This document shows positions 35,114 to 44,213 of a stretch of DNA of 53,218 nt, in pieces (within the stretch, counting starts at the first letter, position 1; each line of letters opens with the position of its first letter). Below the pieces are notes generated by a model. It had not been told where the DNA came from. It worked only from the letters and a program-made list of their open reading frames with translations, and did not search any database. The stretch is from the IMG/VR virus record IMGVR_UViG_3300032116_000277, positions 1 through 53,218 of that record, one strand, 5' to 3'. The position numbers and the translations under genes are program-made. The stretch is from a virus. Its lineage: Duplodnaviria > Caudoviricetes.

Positions 35114-35581
35114 TTAAGATTCCATGAGTTCCATGATTTCAATTGCTCTCTCATAGTTTTCAGCCCATACTTCAGCTCCCTTTATAACCCACATTTTTCT
35201 TCCAGTTGTTATATCAATCTGAACAGGAGGAGGATTTAGCTCATGACCAATTCCCCACTCACTCTCTGGTCTAAGAATACATACTGGTATCCATACAAAC
35301 CCTGATTGAACACCTCGGTTTGTTGGGTATACTATATTATTCTCAGTTAAAAAGTTGAGCATACCTTCATTTTCAGAGTAATCTTTTATTAGAATTTCAT
35401 CCTCATCTAATAATACATCTGGAAGATTTACGCTTGCTATAGCGTAAGGAAAGCCATAATCTTCAGAGTTCTCATCTGCATATAGCAGTTCAAGAGAAGG
35501 TCTTCCGTTATTATACTTTCTTTTGCGTATTGACACTGGGCAGGGGTCACTGCCTTCAAGTGTCACAAAAAATTTCTGCAT
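35114..35581 (-). CDS. DUF4313-like protein
   Basis: PYAIASVNL...IKDYSENEGMLNFL..N.I......SGFV. Confidence 0.6.
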   Translation of the reverse strand: MQKFFVTLEGSDPCPVSIRKRKYNNGRPSLELLYADENSEDYGFPYAIASVNLPDVLLDEDEILIKDYSENEGMLNFLTENNIVYPTNRGVQSGFVWIPVCILRPESEWGIGHELNPPPVQIDITTGRKMWVIKGAEVWAENYERAIEIMELMES

Positions 35582-36653
35582 GTGTAATGTTTTTTACAGT
35601 TTTAGGATAATTATTTATATCATTTAACCATTGCTTTACTTCATGTAAAATGCTAGAATCAGGACGTTGATTGAACTTACCCATTAGCTGATTGAAATGT
35701 AGACCTGTAGTTTTATCATAAGCTAAACCAAGAGTAAGACCGTATGTAGAGCCATCATTAACATGAAAGACTACAAAGTTTTCATACTTTATAGCATTCC
35801 AATAGTTCGTATAAACACAGTGCTTCATCACTTTACCTTCTTTGAATACATCATATTGATTATCAAGAAGTGTATACCTATTGTCATTATACTTTTGAAA
35901 TTTCTTTAACCAGTTAAGAGGTTCTCTAGACATACTATCAGATTCTAATTCCATTAGTTCTTCTGTCCATTTCTTGTGCTCTTCTTCCATACGTCTTACA
36001 GACCAGTTAAAATCAATTTTACGATCAAGTATAAGAGCTTGCTGCATTAGATCATTTATTGAACCATGCTGAGAAAAACTATCAGCAGTACTTTGAACAA
36101 AATCTAAATAGTGATCCAAGTTCTTTGCAACAGATATACCTTCTAGCAACTGAGTTTTAGTTACATTATTTTCTACAGCATGTTTAAGATAGTTAGCAGA
36201 AGCATTTTTAACTCTGTATAGTTTAAGAATGGTAGTAAACAAATCATGCGGATTAGTAATCTTTCCTACAATTATTTTACCCATAATAGAGTTAGTAATA
36301 AACTGCAGATACTTTTCCTTAACCCATTCTTTACCTAGCTTAGAAAGAACATCGTGCAAGTATGGTATAGTGTGAAGTTTACCACCAAACCAAACATTCA
36401 TTTTACCTTTTGGATCTACGGTAAAACCATAATGACTGTTCTTCTTCATAAAATATTCTTTACCCCGACTTATTTTGTACACTGTATATGAATAGTGTAC
36501 TGTTCCGTCTTCACGGATTAATATGTTTCCACATGGAAAGTGGTTACCTTGAAACTGTCGGTGATAGAGTATATTTTTTGCTATGGACTGTGGCATAGCT
36601 AAGAAGTCTTTTACTTCTTGATTAATTTCTTGTATAGCAATCGTTTTTTCCAT
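35556..36653 (-). CDS. PcfJ-like domain protein
   Basis: C-terminal EGKVMKHCVYTNY...Q..GKFN; likely start MEKTIA at 36653. Confidence 0.7.
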   Translation of the reverse strand: MEKTIAIQEINQEVKDFLAMPQSIAKNILYHRQFQGNHFPCGNILIREDGTVHYSYTVYKISRGKEYFMKKNSHYGFTVDPKGKMNVWFGGKLHTIPYLHDVLSKLGKEWVKEKYLQFITNSIMGKIIVGKITNPHDLFTTILKLYRVKNASANYLKHAVENNVTKTQLLEGISVAKNLDHYLDFVQSTADSFSQHGSINDLMQQALILDRKIDFNWSVRRMEEEHKKWTEELMELESDSMSREPLNWLKKFQKYNDNRYTLLDNQYDVFKEGKVMKHCVYTNYWNAIKYENFVVFHVNDGSTYGLTLGLAYDKTTGLHFNQLMGKFNQRPDSSILHEVKQWLNDINNYPKTVKNITHAEIFCDT

Positions 36654-36728
36654 ATAGGATTTATTATTAATTAATAAAAAACCCGGTAGCCGAAGCCACC
36701 GGGTAATAACCATTAAACCAACACCATA

Positions 36729-36884
36729 TTACTGAGGTACTCTTGTAATCAGCTTGCTTCTTCCTTTGCATCCGTAGCCTTGTGTGCTACAACTACATAA
36801 ACCAGCAAGAAGTGCTAGAAATACAATAGTGATAAGAAGATATTTTGCAGCAGTTTCATTTTGCTGACGTTGATTTTCTTTCAT
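36729..36884 (-). CDS. Small putative lipoprotein (51 aa)
   Basis: YLLITIVFLALLAGLCSCSTQGYGCKGR: hydrophobic stretch plus an SC lipobox. Confidence 0.55.
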   Translation of the reverse strand: MKENQRQQNETAAKYLLITIVFLALLAGLCSCSTQGYGCKGRSKLITRVPQ

Positions 36885-36893
36885 GACTTATAA

Positions 36894-37469
36894 TTATAAA
36901 CGTTTATTAATAAGTTTAGATCTACATATGTTGCAGAAGTAGGTACCTTCTTGATCAACTTGTTTGATTGTACCTTTTGCAGAACTCATTAAGCATTTAG
37001 AGTCATTAGTACAATGATCAAGACCAAAGTTGTGACCTACTTCATGTATTGAAACTTTATTAATACGCTCAAGAACTAGTTTTTTAGAAAAGCCTTTTAA
37101 TCTATAAACAGATACAACGCATATGTTACTATTGCGTTTTGCAAGCCCAAATATTCCCCACTCAGGTTGACCGGGTGTTTTAGTATAGCAAACATCTTTT
37201 TCAGTAATAAGTATCGTATGATTAGATGTTTCATACTTATCAAGCATTTTTTGAGCATCATATCTACTACTTCTTATTTTAGCATGTATATCTTTAGTTC
37301 CACTTATAGGCGTATTAACTATACATCTGATACTATAAAAAGATTCTAATGAAGACTTGATCGTATTTATGTAAGCTTTGTCTACATTATCTATAGGTTG
37401 TATGTATATAACTGACTTAGAATCTATGTGAAAAAGATGAATAATAAATAAAAACAGTAGAGTTTTCAT
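36894..37469 (-). CDS. Archaemetzincin-like zinc metalloprotease (peptidase M54)
   Basis: HEVGHNFGLDHC....CLM (HExxHxxGxxH, Cys, Met-turn), FCNIC; hydrophobic N-terminus. Confidence 0.85.
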   Translation of the reverse strand: MKTLLFLFIIHLFHIDSKSVIYIQPIDNVDKAYINTIKSSLESFYSIRCIVNTPISGTKDIHAKIRSSRYDAQKMLDKYETSNHTILITEKDVCYTKTPGQPEWGIFGLAKRNSNICVVSVYRLKGFSKKLVLERINKVSIHEVGHNFGLDHCTNDSKCLMSSAKGTIKQVDQEGTYFCNICRSKLINKRL

Positions 37470-37576
37470 ATGGTACTATTTTAATTATCAAATATCACTG
37501 GAGGCATGTATAACATAGAGATATAGTTTTAAATTAATAATATGTTATTAAGACATACCCCCAGTGAGAACTTAAA

Positions 37577-37897
37577 CTAAGGCAAATATTGAAACACAAT
37601 AACTCCTATAAAACTTAGTATACAAACAGACAGCATTACTGCCATTTTATATACTCCATCCTTTTTAAAAGAAGGACGTTTATAGAAAGGATCTGTTCTA
37701 ACATCTAAGTAAAAACCAAAGCTTACAATACCAGTACCCATAAAAAATGCATTAACGAAGTCTTTATCAGTAAGCTGAATAGTTATTGTGTGATTACCAA
37801 CAACACTAACTGATATTAAAGCGTACACTGCATAAATAAGACAAACTAGTCCTAAAATAAAACTAGAGTTTTTTAAAAGTTTAAGAGTAGGTTCCAT
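37577..37897 (-). CDS. Membrane protein (3 TM)
   Basis: Three hydrophobic segments. Confidence 0.6.
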   Translation of the reverse strand: MEPTLKLLKNSSFILGLVCLIYAVYALISVSVVGNHTITIQLTDKDFVNAFFMGTGIVSFGFYLDVRTDPFYKRPSFKKDGVYKMAVMLSVCILSFIGVIVFQYLP

Positions 37898-37972
37898 AAA
37901 AGGATTTTAAAATTTTAATAAATAAAGTGGTTAGCCCCTTGGGTCAATGACTTACGGGGCTTAACCAACCAT

Positions 37973-38182
37973 TCAAGCTTTAGATAATTTTTCTTCTAGA
38001 TCTATACATACAACTAAAGATGGAATCCAACCAAGAACTACCATAAAAAAGCCTATACCACCGCTAGTGGCGGCCTCTCGGAAAGTCCCTGATTCCATGC
38101 ATAAATATGTAAGTGTAGATAAGCATAACCAGGTAATTAGTAATGTACCTAGAAAGCCAAGCATAAGAATTGTTCCTTTCAT
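37973..38182 (-). CDS. Small membrane protein (2 TM)
   Basis: Hydrophobic segments, GWIP. Confidence 0.6.
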   Translation of the reverse strand: MKGTILMLGFLGTLLITWLCLSTLTYLCMESGTFREAATSGGIGFFMVVLGWIPSLVVCIDLEEKLSKA

Positions 38183-38379
38183 AATGCGTTTCTTTTTTGT
38201 GAACGATTTGGTTTGTAAGGAAAAGCTCTGCGGTAATCAGATTCTAATGTGTCGTAAATGTCAGACCATTGTTTTTTCAAGCCATCAGTACGAAATGTCC
38301 ATACAGATACAAGAACTTCCCATAACAAGAATGGGATTGCAAGAAGACTTAATCCTAAGATTTTTAATAAGTACTTCAT
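38179..38379 (-). CDS. Small membrane protein
   Basis: N-terminal hydrophobic helix; ATGA-coupled to the next gene. Confidence 0.55.
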   Translation of the reverse strand: MKYLLKILGLSLLAIPFLLWEVLVSVWTFRTDGLKKQWSDIYDTLESDYRRAFPYKPNRSQKRNAL

Positions 38380-38408
38380 TTTGTTTGAGGTTGGTTAAAA
38401 AATATTTT

Positions 38409-38509
38409 TCTCCCTCTGCACTCAGTTGTAAGGCCCGCCCATAGAATTAACTATACGCTTGGATTCTTACAACTGCTAGCCCTTGGGAAGCTAGGATGGT
38501 GCATTAAGA
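38409..38509 (-). ncRNA. Twister ribozyme (type P1, with P5)
   Basis: UCU-UAA-UGCA-CC-auc-CUAGC-UUCCCAAGG-GCUAG-CAGUUGUAAG...CUUACAACUG-ag-UGCA-GAGGG-AGA. P2, P4, P5 and both pseudoknots (CCC/GGG, CC/GG) can form; predicted cleavage between U38506 and A38505. Confidence 0.8.
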
Positions 38510-39580
38510 TTCTGACAGGCTGAGTGTTGACCTACAGATACTATCGTTTTCATAGAGTTACCTCTACTTATACACACGGTGGATTACTCCATCGTAGATA
38601 GCAGTACCAGTGTTTAACCTCACTCCTGAGGGATCTTTCTCGCGGGTTACATAGACTTTGATTTCTACCAAGCGGACTGGATGGTCCTAAGCTACATCCC
38701 TGCAGCTACTTAGATATACTTTCTCTATCTCACAGCGTTCCTTGCGGTACTGGCTGTGCTGTCATATTACAGACAGATAAGGTACTTTGACCCAGAGAAC
38801 TAACAGACTGTTGCGTTAATTAATTAGTATTAAATAACAATAGCATAATCCAGGACGTGCCGTTAGAGTATAGCTCACTCCCTTTTGAGGAATGCGTACT
38901 ATAACGCCCCAGTGCAGGTTACCAGCCCACGGTATATTCAAGACCCTGTTACCAGGCCTTAAGTATACTGGATAACGCAGTAAGTCTCTTGGTAAAGACC
39001 TTCCACATGTATCCTACAGGTTTCATCCTATTGCGGTTTCCCGCTCAACAGTGTATGCTGACACTGTAGTTACTCAGGGGTTTCCCCACTGCAACTGTTA
39101 CCCGTTTGCTTACTCGGCCGGTATTACTACCGTAGATGTGCTCTTGTTAAGACACACCTTTTATACCTGTCACCAGGTTTATCCTAACGACCATAAGCGG
39201 CCGTGTCAATTGGTAGCTGATCAAGTCAGCTTAACGCACACACCGTGAGTATTTAAACTCTGAAGGTTTGACATTGTGTGCTTTGCACTATGGTTCTCAC
39301 TCGCAAAGAGAAGACCGAAGCCAACTCACCCATAGCGGATATACATTCAGGTATATCAGCCTACATAGACGCACGTGCTGTCTATTGCCCCCATCAACTT
39401 AACGGGTTAGTGCCCCATATACAACGCTCGGTTCGTCAACCAAGCCTTCTGTGACACGAGAAGCAACGTAAGTGAACCCAGTGGCCTAAGCCAGCCAGGT
39501 TCACCAATATTATCAGGTATCTCCAGTGATACCTATAACATAGTAATACTATATAGTACTGGTATGTTAGGGTATCTGTA
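38510..39580 (-). ncRNA. Candidate large (about 1 kb) structured ncRNA(s) rich in GNRA hairpins
   Basis: Minus-strand UAGAG-GUAA-CUCUA, GGA-GUAA-UCC, CCUG-GUAA-CAGG, GCGG-GAAA-CCGC, GGG-GAAA-CCC, CGGUA-GUAA-UACCG; no credible ORF. Confidence 0.55.
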
Positions 39581-39586
39581 GAGATA

Positions 39587-39814
39587 CTATTCAGTATCAT
39601 CATCAGCTTCTACAAGAGAGTAGAGGTGAGACCAGGCGTCAATAAGATCTGACATCTCAGACTTAAGTTCCTGCCACCGTGTGTAATCTTTGCCGGGTGG
39701 TATCTCATTCCAAGAACCGTTAAAACGGTATAGCTTGGTAATCACCTGAATTACTTCAGCACATTCTTCGGCTAAGGTGAGTGCTGGGTCACCTTGATTC
39801 TTATACAGAGCCAT
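39587..39814 (-). CDS. MazG-like NTP pyrophosphohydrolase
   Basis: LAEECAEVIQVITK...LKSEMSDL (ExxE / ExxD). Confidence 0.75.
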   Translation of the reverse strand: MALYKNQGDPALTLAEECAEVIQVITKLYRFNGSWNEIPPGKDYTRWQELKSEMSDLIDAWSHLYSLVEADDDTE

Positions 39815-39829
39815 ATGATTAGGTATTGG

Positions 39830-40630
39830 TTACAAAGAAGAAAGAGTGGTTTCACTTCGCATTATATCCACTCTTTTTACCCCGCTTCTAGGGTAGATAC
39901 GTCTTAGTATCATCAGAAGGCTGTTTTGCATTACGCTGGATGACCTACAAGCCCAGCAACCCTTTACAGGGAACTTAGGTTAAAGACATAAACTCAGTGT
40001 ATTCTATTTTGCAGGACACTGAAAGAACTGAATGGTTTCAAAGGCTTACCAATAACCCTAAATAGTAGCATATATGTCTGCGGTATATGCTAGACCGCTG
40101 TGTCTGTAAGGCCTACCTAGTCAACACAATTCTAGGTAGTTTGGTACAGCTCCTGCCCATACATAGCTGTTTAATGGTAAACCCCATATATAACCGTAAG
40201 ACTAGGTAAAGGGCAGAACACTTCTGATACATCAGACAATATGAGTGTTAACTGTAGATCCTCAATAGCCTAGTCTCCAGGGTTATAGCCATCTTATCCG
40301 CGGCCAAAAGTTCTACGGAATAGGTGGTAGAAAAAGATAGAGAAAGGTGTGACTGCTTGACTACCACAGACAAACAGTCACACAAGTACTTGTGAATCAG
40401 CGTTTTATTCCTAGGGATTCCGGATAACGCTGTTAGAACCGGTTAAGACCTTACGCACTACGTAAGTCTTCTGCTAAACTCATCAGAGCAGCTATGCCTG
40501 TGACGAGTACAACAGTTCCACTGGCGGTGAAGACCAGCATATTTTTAGAGTGATTAACTCCTACGGTATATAATCAATCCCTACCAGGCTGTAAATGCTA
40601 AGACCTGAGTAAATGGGATTGAAAAGGATA
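39830..40630 (-). ncRNA. Candidate structured ncRNA(s)
   Basis: Closing pair ATCAGAAG (about 39912) / CTTCTGAT (about 40221) encloses hairpins CTACCTAG/CTAGGTAG, TAGCATATA/TATATGCTA and CCCU-GUAA-AGGG; further hairpins continue to 40620. Confidence 0.45.
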
Positions 40631-40633
40631 CGC

Positions 40634-40660
40634 AAAAAAAAGGGGACACTTGTCCCCTTT
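40634..40660. terminator. Intrinsic terminator downstream of the 40677 gene
   Basis: A-run followed by GGGGACA-ct-TGTCCCC-TTT. Confidence 0.7.
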
Positions 40661-40676
40661 GGGTGGATACGGAAGA

Positions 40677-40982
40677 TTATTTCTTCCAGTATCCGCCCTG
40701 TTCGGCATCCGCGGGTATCAACCCGTGATAGCCGAACTCGTCAGCCGTTTCCGCTATGCGGACTTTCGGCCTGACGCGGAAGACACCTTCAGAGGTTTCT
40801 TCCACAACGTCTTCCATAGTGGAAGACCAGAAGGAAATTTGTTTGCCGTTGTCACATGTGACACGGAAACCAATATTTCCGGATTTGGAAGGATCTCCGA
40901 TCTCCAAATCTGCAAGCTTGAAAGTCAGTCCGTTTACGGCTGAGTCAAGCTTGGCTTGAACGAGTTTGTGTAACGAGTTCAT
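40677..40982 (-). CDS. Hypothetical protein, first gene of the minus-strand arm
   Basis: Likely start MNSLHKL at 40982; visibly GC/CpG-richer than the rest of the window. Confidence 0.55.
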   Translation of the reverse strand: MNSLHKLVQAKLDSAVNGLTFKLADLEIGDPSKSGNIGFRVTCDNGKQISFWSSTMEDVVEETSEGVFRVRPKVRIAETADEFGYHGLIPADAEQGGYWKK

Positions 40983-41256
40983 GGCCAATGAATTGGGTTT
41001 TACGGGGGTTACCCCGGCCCAATTTATTGGTGGGGTAGTTTGTATGGGCGGGCCATCACCCCCTCCTGTATACAAGATTTAGGGTACCGTAGTTAGGCTA
41101 GTTAAGTCAGTTAAGCAGTTAGGAGGCGGGGGTATAGTTTAACTAGAAAGTACCCGGGGGTACTATTTACTGTATTAGGTACTATTTGGTCACTTAGTTA
41201 CCTGAAAGTAATCATGGGTACTCTGTCTGTATAAGATTACCTTGGGTCCGTTCTAA

Positions 41257-41592
41257 ATGATAACCAAGGAAATACATGATATAATAAAATTTAAAAGATC
41301 TATCCTGCACAATAAGTGGGGCATAGAGTGTATTATTACCCTTGGAGACGGGGATCCCCTTAGATTTAATGAGATCCATGATAACCTACCCGGCTGCTCA
41401 GCCAAAGTATTAACCCAGGCATTAAAGAAGCTAGAAGCCCAGCATTTACTAGTTAGAACGTCTTATAACGAGATACCCCCAAGAGTTACCTACAAACTGT
41501 CTAATAACGGACTCTTAGTTCTTAAGTATGTAGAGGACTCTATACAGTTTTTTCGTGAGGCATTTATGCTCTACAATAAGTATGAAATTTAG
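41257..41592 (+). CDS. HxlR-family winged-helix transcriptional regulator
   Basis: KW...I...L.....RFNEI...LPG.SAKVLTQ.LK.LE...L..R..Y.EIPPRV.Y.LS..G. Confidence 0.88.
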   Translation: MITKEIHDIIKFKRSILHNKWGIECIITLGDGDPLRFNEIHDNLPGCSAKVLTQALKKLEAQHLLVRTSYNEIPPRVTYKLSNNGLLVLKYVEDSIQFFREAFMLYNKYEI

Positions 41593-41765
41593 TGATTCAC
41601 CAACTTCTACATTATTTGTTACTAAACGGTAACTTGTAGTTAAGGCACTGCACAAACTAAACCACCTCTTACTGCGTTATCTTTGTCGCTTTTTCACATC
41701 TGTTGAAAAGTCAGTAACTAATATGTAGAACTATGAAGTAAATTTGGAGAGTTTAAACTTTTTAG

Positions 41766-41782
41766 GTATATTATAGTGTAGA
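41766..41782 (+). promoter_or_regulatory. Putative phage late promoter GTATATTATAGTGTAGA
   Basis: Matches the 7308 and 51946 copies; precedes the packaging operon. Confidence 0.55.
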
Positions 41783-41802
41783 CCTAATCAAAAACCGACC
41801 TT

Positions 41803-42093
41803 ATGATACACACCTGTAACATCCACTGCCATACTATGGACCTGGACAAGGCAGACCTTATGGGAATCCAGGATAAGGGTAAATGGTTACCCTTTGCATT
41901 TCATCTAGATATTGTTATTGCCTGTAAACTTACTACTGATGATGAGGAAGAGATTGTTAGTGGATGCACTACTGTCTTTACTGATCACGGGGATACTTAT
42001 ATCATAGATACACCTTATACAGAGTTTCAAACAATCTTTCAGTTATATAACGCAGACCCTGATCCAGGAAAGTCTGAGGATCTTAATTTTTAA
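41803..42093 (+). CDS. Hypothetical protein
   Basis: 96-aa ORF after the promoter motif. Confidence 0.65.
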   Translation: MIHTCNIHCHTMDLDKADLMGIQDKGKWLPFAFHLDIVIACKLTTDDEEEIVSGCTTVFTDHGDTYIIDTPYTEFQTIFQLYNADPDPGKSEDLNF

Positions 42094-42105
42094 AACCAAC
42101 CCTAA

Positions 42106-42357
42106 ATGAGCACAGAAAACACCACAACCCAAGAAGAGCAAAAAGCTCCAACCAAAGAAGAGGTTATTTCTTTCTTTCAAGAACAAATTGAGGTAAAGAA
42201 AGTACAGCTTGAACTTCAAGAAATGAATACTGCACTTGCAGTAGCCAGAGCAGAAGAGCTCAAAGCACTTGCTTTTATAGCACAAATTACTAATCCACAG
42301 CAGCAAGAAGAAGAGTCTGATGAGCCCAAAGTCCGGAGTCTGAAAAAAGAAAAGTAA
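42106..42357 (+). CDS. Coiled-coil hypothetical protein
   Basis: 83-aa helical ORF. Confidence 0.7.
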   Translation: MSTENTTTQEEQKAPTKEEVISFFQEQIEVKKVQLELQEMNTALAVARAEELKALAFIAQITNPQQQEEESDEPKVRSLKKEK

Positions 42358-42788
42358 TGACCACGCTCTATAAGCTCAGAGACTACCGTGAAACGATGGT
42401 GTTTGAACGTGAGCATCCTAAAGAACTAAGATGGGATGAGCGGTATAAGCTATACATGCTCAATGAAAGTAAAGAGTGTCAAGGCATCTGGTTCAAAGAT
42501 AAAAAGTATTTAGTGGCAGAAGCTATCATGACGTGGAGTTCAGATAACGTGATTCATGTTGATAGCTTTACTGTTCATCCTCATCACCGAGGTCAAGGTT
42601 TAGGATACGATCTAATATCTACTGTCCTTGAATATGCAAAGGACATGAAAAAAGAGTACGTAACTGGTGAAGCAAGAAAAGGAGCATCTTGGCACATCTT
42701 TGAAAACCTAGGAGCAGTCCCCGTGCTTCTACATAAAAACTGGCATAACACCGGGGAAGATTATATGAGTTTTAAAATAGAACTGTAA
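42357..42788 (+). CDS. GNAT-family acetyltransferase
   Basis: VHPHHRGQGLGYDLI acetyl-CoA motif A; FENLG. Confidence 0.8.
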   Translation: MTTLYKLRDYRETMVFEREHPKELRWDERYKLYMLNESKECQGIWFKDKKYLVAEAIMTWSSDNVIHVDSFTVHPHHRGQGLGYDLISTVLEYAKDMKKEYVTGEARKGASWHIFENLGAVPVLLHKNWHNTGEDYMSFKIEL

Positions 42789-43159
42789 TGGCATTAGTTA
42801 ATCAGGTGGAAAAAAGAGTAAGAATGAATACTTGGCAAGCTGTCAAGTATCAGATTCTTACGCACTGTTACCTGTATGACATACCAGTTAGTGAAGCAGA
42901 TCTGAACTGTCTTACTCTTCTTGCCATAGAAGGAGATCAAGAACTTACAAGTTTTTGTAGCAAGGCTTTTGAGAAGAAGATATTTTCTTCTACTCAATCT
43001 GTAAGAAACTGTCTTACAAAAGCTGAAAAGAAAAACTTGATTAAGAAAGAAGGAAAGAACAAGAAGAAGATATATATCAATCCTGATATGAAAGTCAGCT
43101 CACGAGGAAACATTTTATTGGATTTTAAATTCCTCTGCGTTGCGACCCAGGAAAGCTAA
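42788..43159 (+). CDS. Winged-HTH-like protein
   Basis: STQSVRNCLTKAEKKNLI.K......YINP. Confidence 0.55.
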   Translation: MALVNQVEKRVRMNTWQAVKYQILTHCYLYDIPVSEADLNCLTLLAIEGDQELTSFCSKAFEKKIFSSTQSVRNCLTKAEKKNLIKKEGKNKKKIYINPDMKVSSRGNILLDFKFLCVATQES

Positions 43160-43559
43160 AGAGTTTATACCTGAAGTGGCACAGCAGACGGGCTTGAGTC
43201 CAGATGCTGTTGAAACTATTGTGTCATACTACTGGCAAGAAGTAAGGAAAAGTCTTAGTGCCCTTAAACATTCCAGAGTGCACATCACAAATCTTGGTGA
43301 TTTTGTGACAAAGCATTGGAAGCTGGATGATAAGATACAAATGCTTGAGAAGTTTGAAGAGAACAACAAGCAAAAAGGTCTTCAGCAAATGACTGCTCGT
43401 TATAAAACAGCAGAAACGCTTTATGATCTAAGGAATCTTAAAAAAATAATGGAGGAAGAGCAACAGAGAGCTGAGTTTATAAAAATGCATAAACGAACAA
43501 GCTATGAGTCTAAAAGAGAACGTGATCAGAATCTGGAAGAACAAGGGTCAGATACTTGA
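43140..43559 (+). CDS. HU/IHF-like DNA-binding protein
   Basis: EFIPEVAQQTGLS...VE.IV......V...L......V.ITNLGDF; IHF-like genes are typical of the crAss-like packaging block. Confidence 0.65.
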   Translation: MRPRKAKEFIPEVAQQTGLSPDAVETIVSYYWQEVRKSLSALKHSRVHITNLGDFVTKHWKLDDKIQMLEKFEENNKQKGLQQMTARYKTAETLYDLRNLKKIMEEEQQRAEFIKMHKRTSYESKRERDQNLEEQGSDT

Positions 43560-43833
43560 AGGTATCACAAACTCAATCTTTAAGAAAGAGGATGTAGAGC
43601 AGATTGCTAAAGAAAGAATGAGCATCTGCCGGCAATGTGATTTGTTTACAGAAAAAGATGCTGGTTGTGTTGTTGCAGGAACAACTCCATGTTGTGATCA
43701 GACAAAAGGAGGATGTGGCTGCTCTCTTGCATTTAAAACCAGATCACTTTCTTCAGATTGTCCTTTAGGTAAATGGAAAGCTGAAATAACTCAGGCTGAA
43801 GAAGATTTTTTAAAAAGTAAGTTAGGCATTTGA
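43504..43833 (+). CDS. Cys-rich phage protein
   Basis: RMSICRQC...CGCSLAFKTRS...CPLGKW. Confidence 0.7.
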   Translation: MSLKENVIRIWKNKGQILEGITNSIFKKEDVEQIAKERMSICRQCDLFTEKDAGCVVAGTTPCCDQTKGGCGCSLAFKTRSLSSDCPLGKWKAEITQAEEDFLKSKLGI

Positions 43834-44213
43834 TTCCGCATGATTCTATACAACTAGAAGTGGTTCATTCAATCTACAAGACCAAGACTATCTATCAAAA
43901 GATGGAAGGCGGGGATTTATTTCCAGAAAAGAAAGAAGTTCTTGTCAAACAGATTAAGGTAAAGAAATGGTTTAAGAAAGAATGTATTAGTTCTATAGAA
44001 GAGTACGTCAATAGTAAAAATAAGATTAGCAAACACAGATCCGTAGTGTTTGACAAATTCTCCGGAAGGTTCTACGCAACCTTTCATAGTCCTCAAGAAG
44101 TACTTCAAGCAATATCTACAACCCCTATGAATAACCCAATTGGATTCACCCATGATAATAACATTCACCCCTCAACATCACAAGTACAGCAGCATAGAAC
44201 CAGACGATATTGA
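43830..44213 (+). CDS. Hypothetical protein
   Basis: 127-aa ORF, TTG start. Confidence 0.5.
   Translation: MIPHDSIQLEVVHSIYKTKTIYQKMEGGDLFPEKKEVLVKQIKVKKWFKKECISSIEEYVNSKNKISKHRSVVFDKFSGRFYATFHSPQEVLQAISTTPMNNPIGFTHDNNIHPSTSQVQQHRTRRY

Noticed and set aside
40271-40280. Group I intron P7-like GAGACUA
   Set aside because: No matching S element in the right order and no interrupted gene.
40479-40486. Hammerhead core CUGAUGA on the minus strand (also at about 39910)
   Set aside because: No stem II followed by GAAA in the required position.
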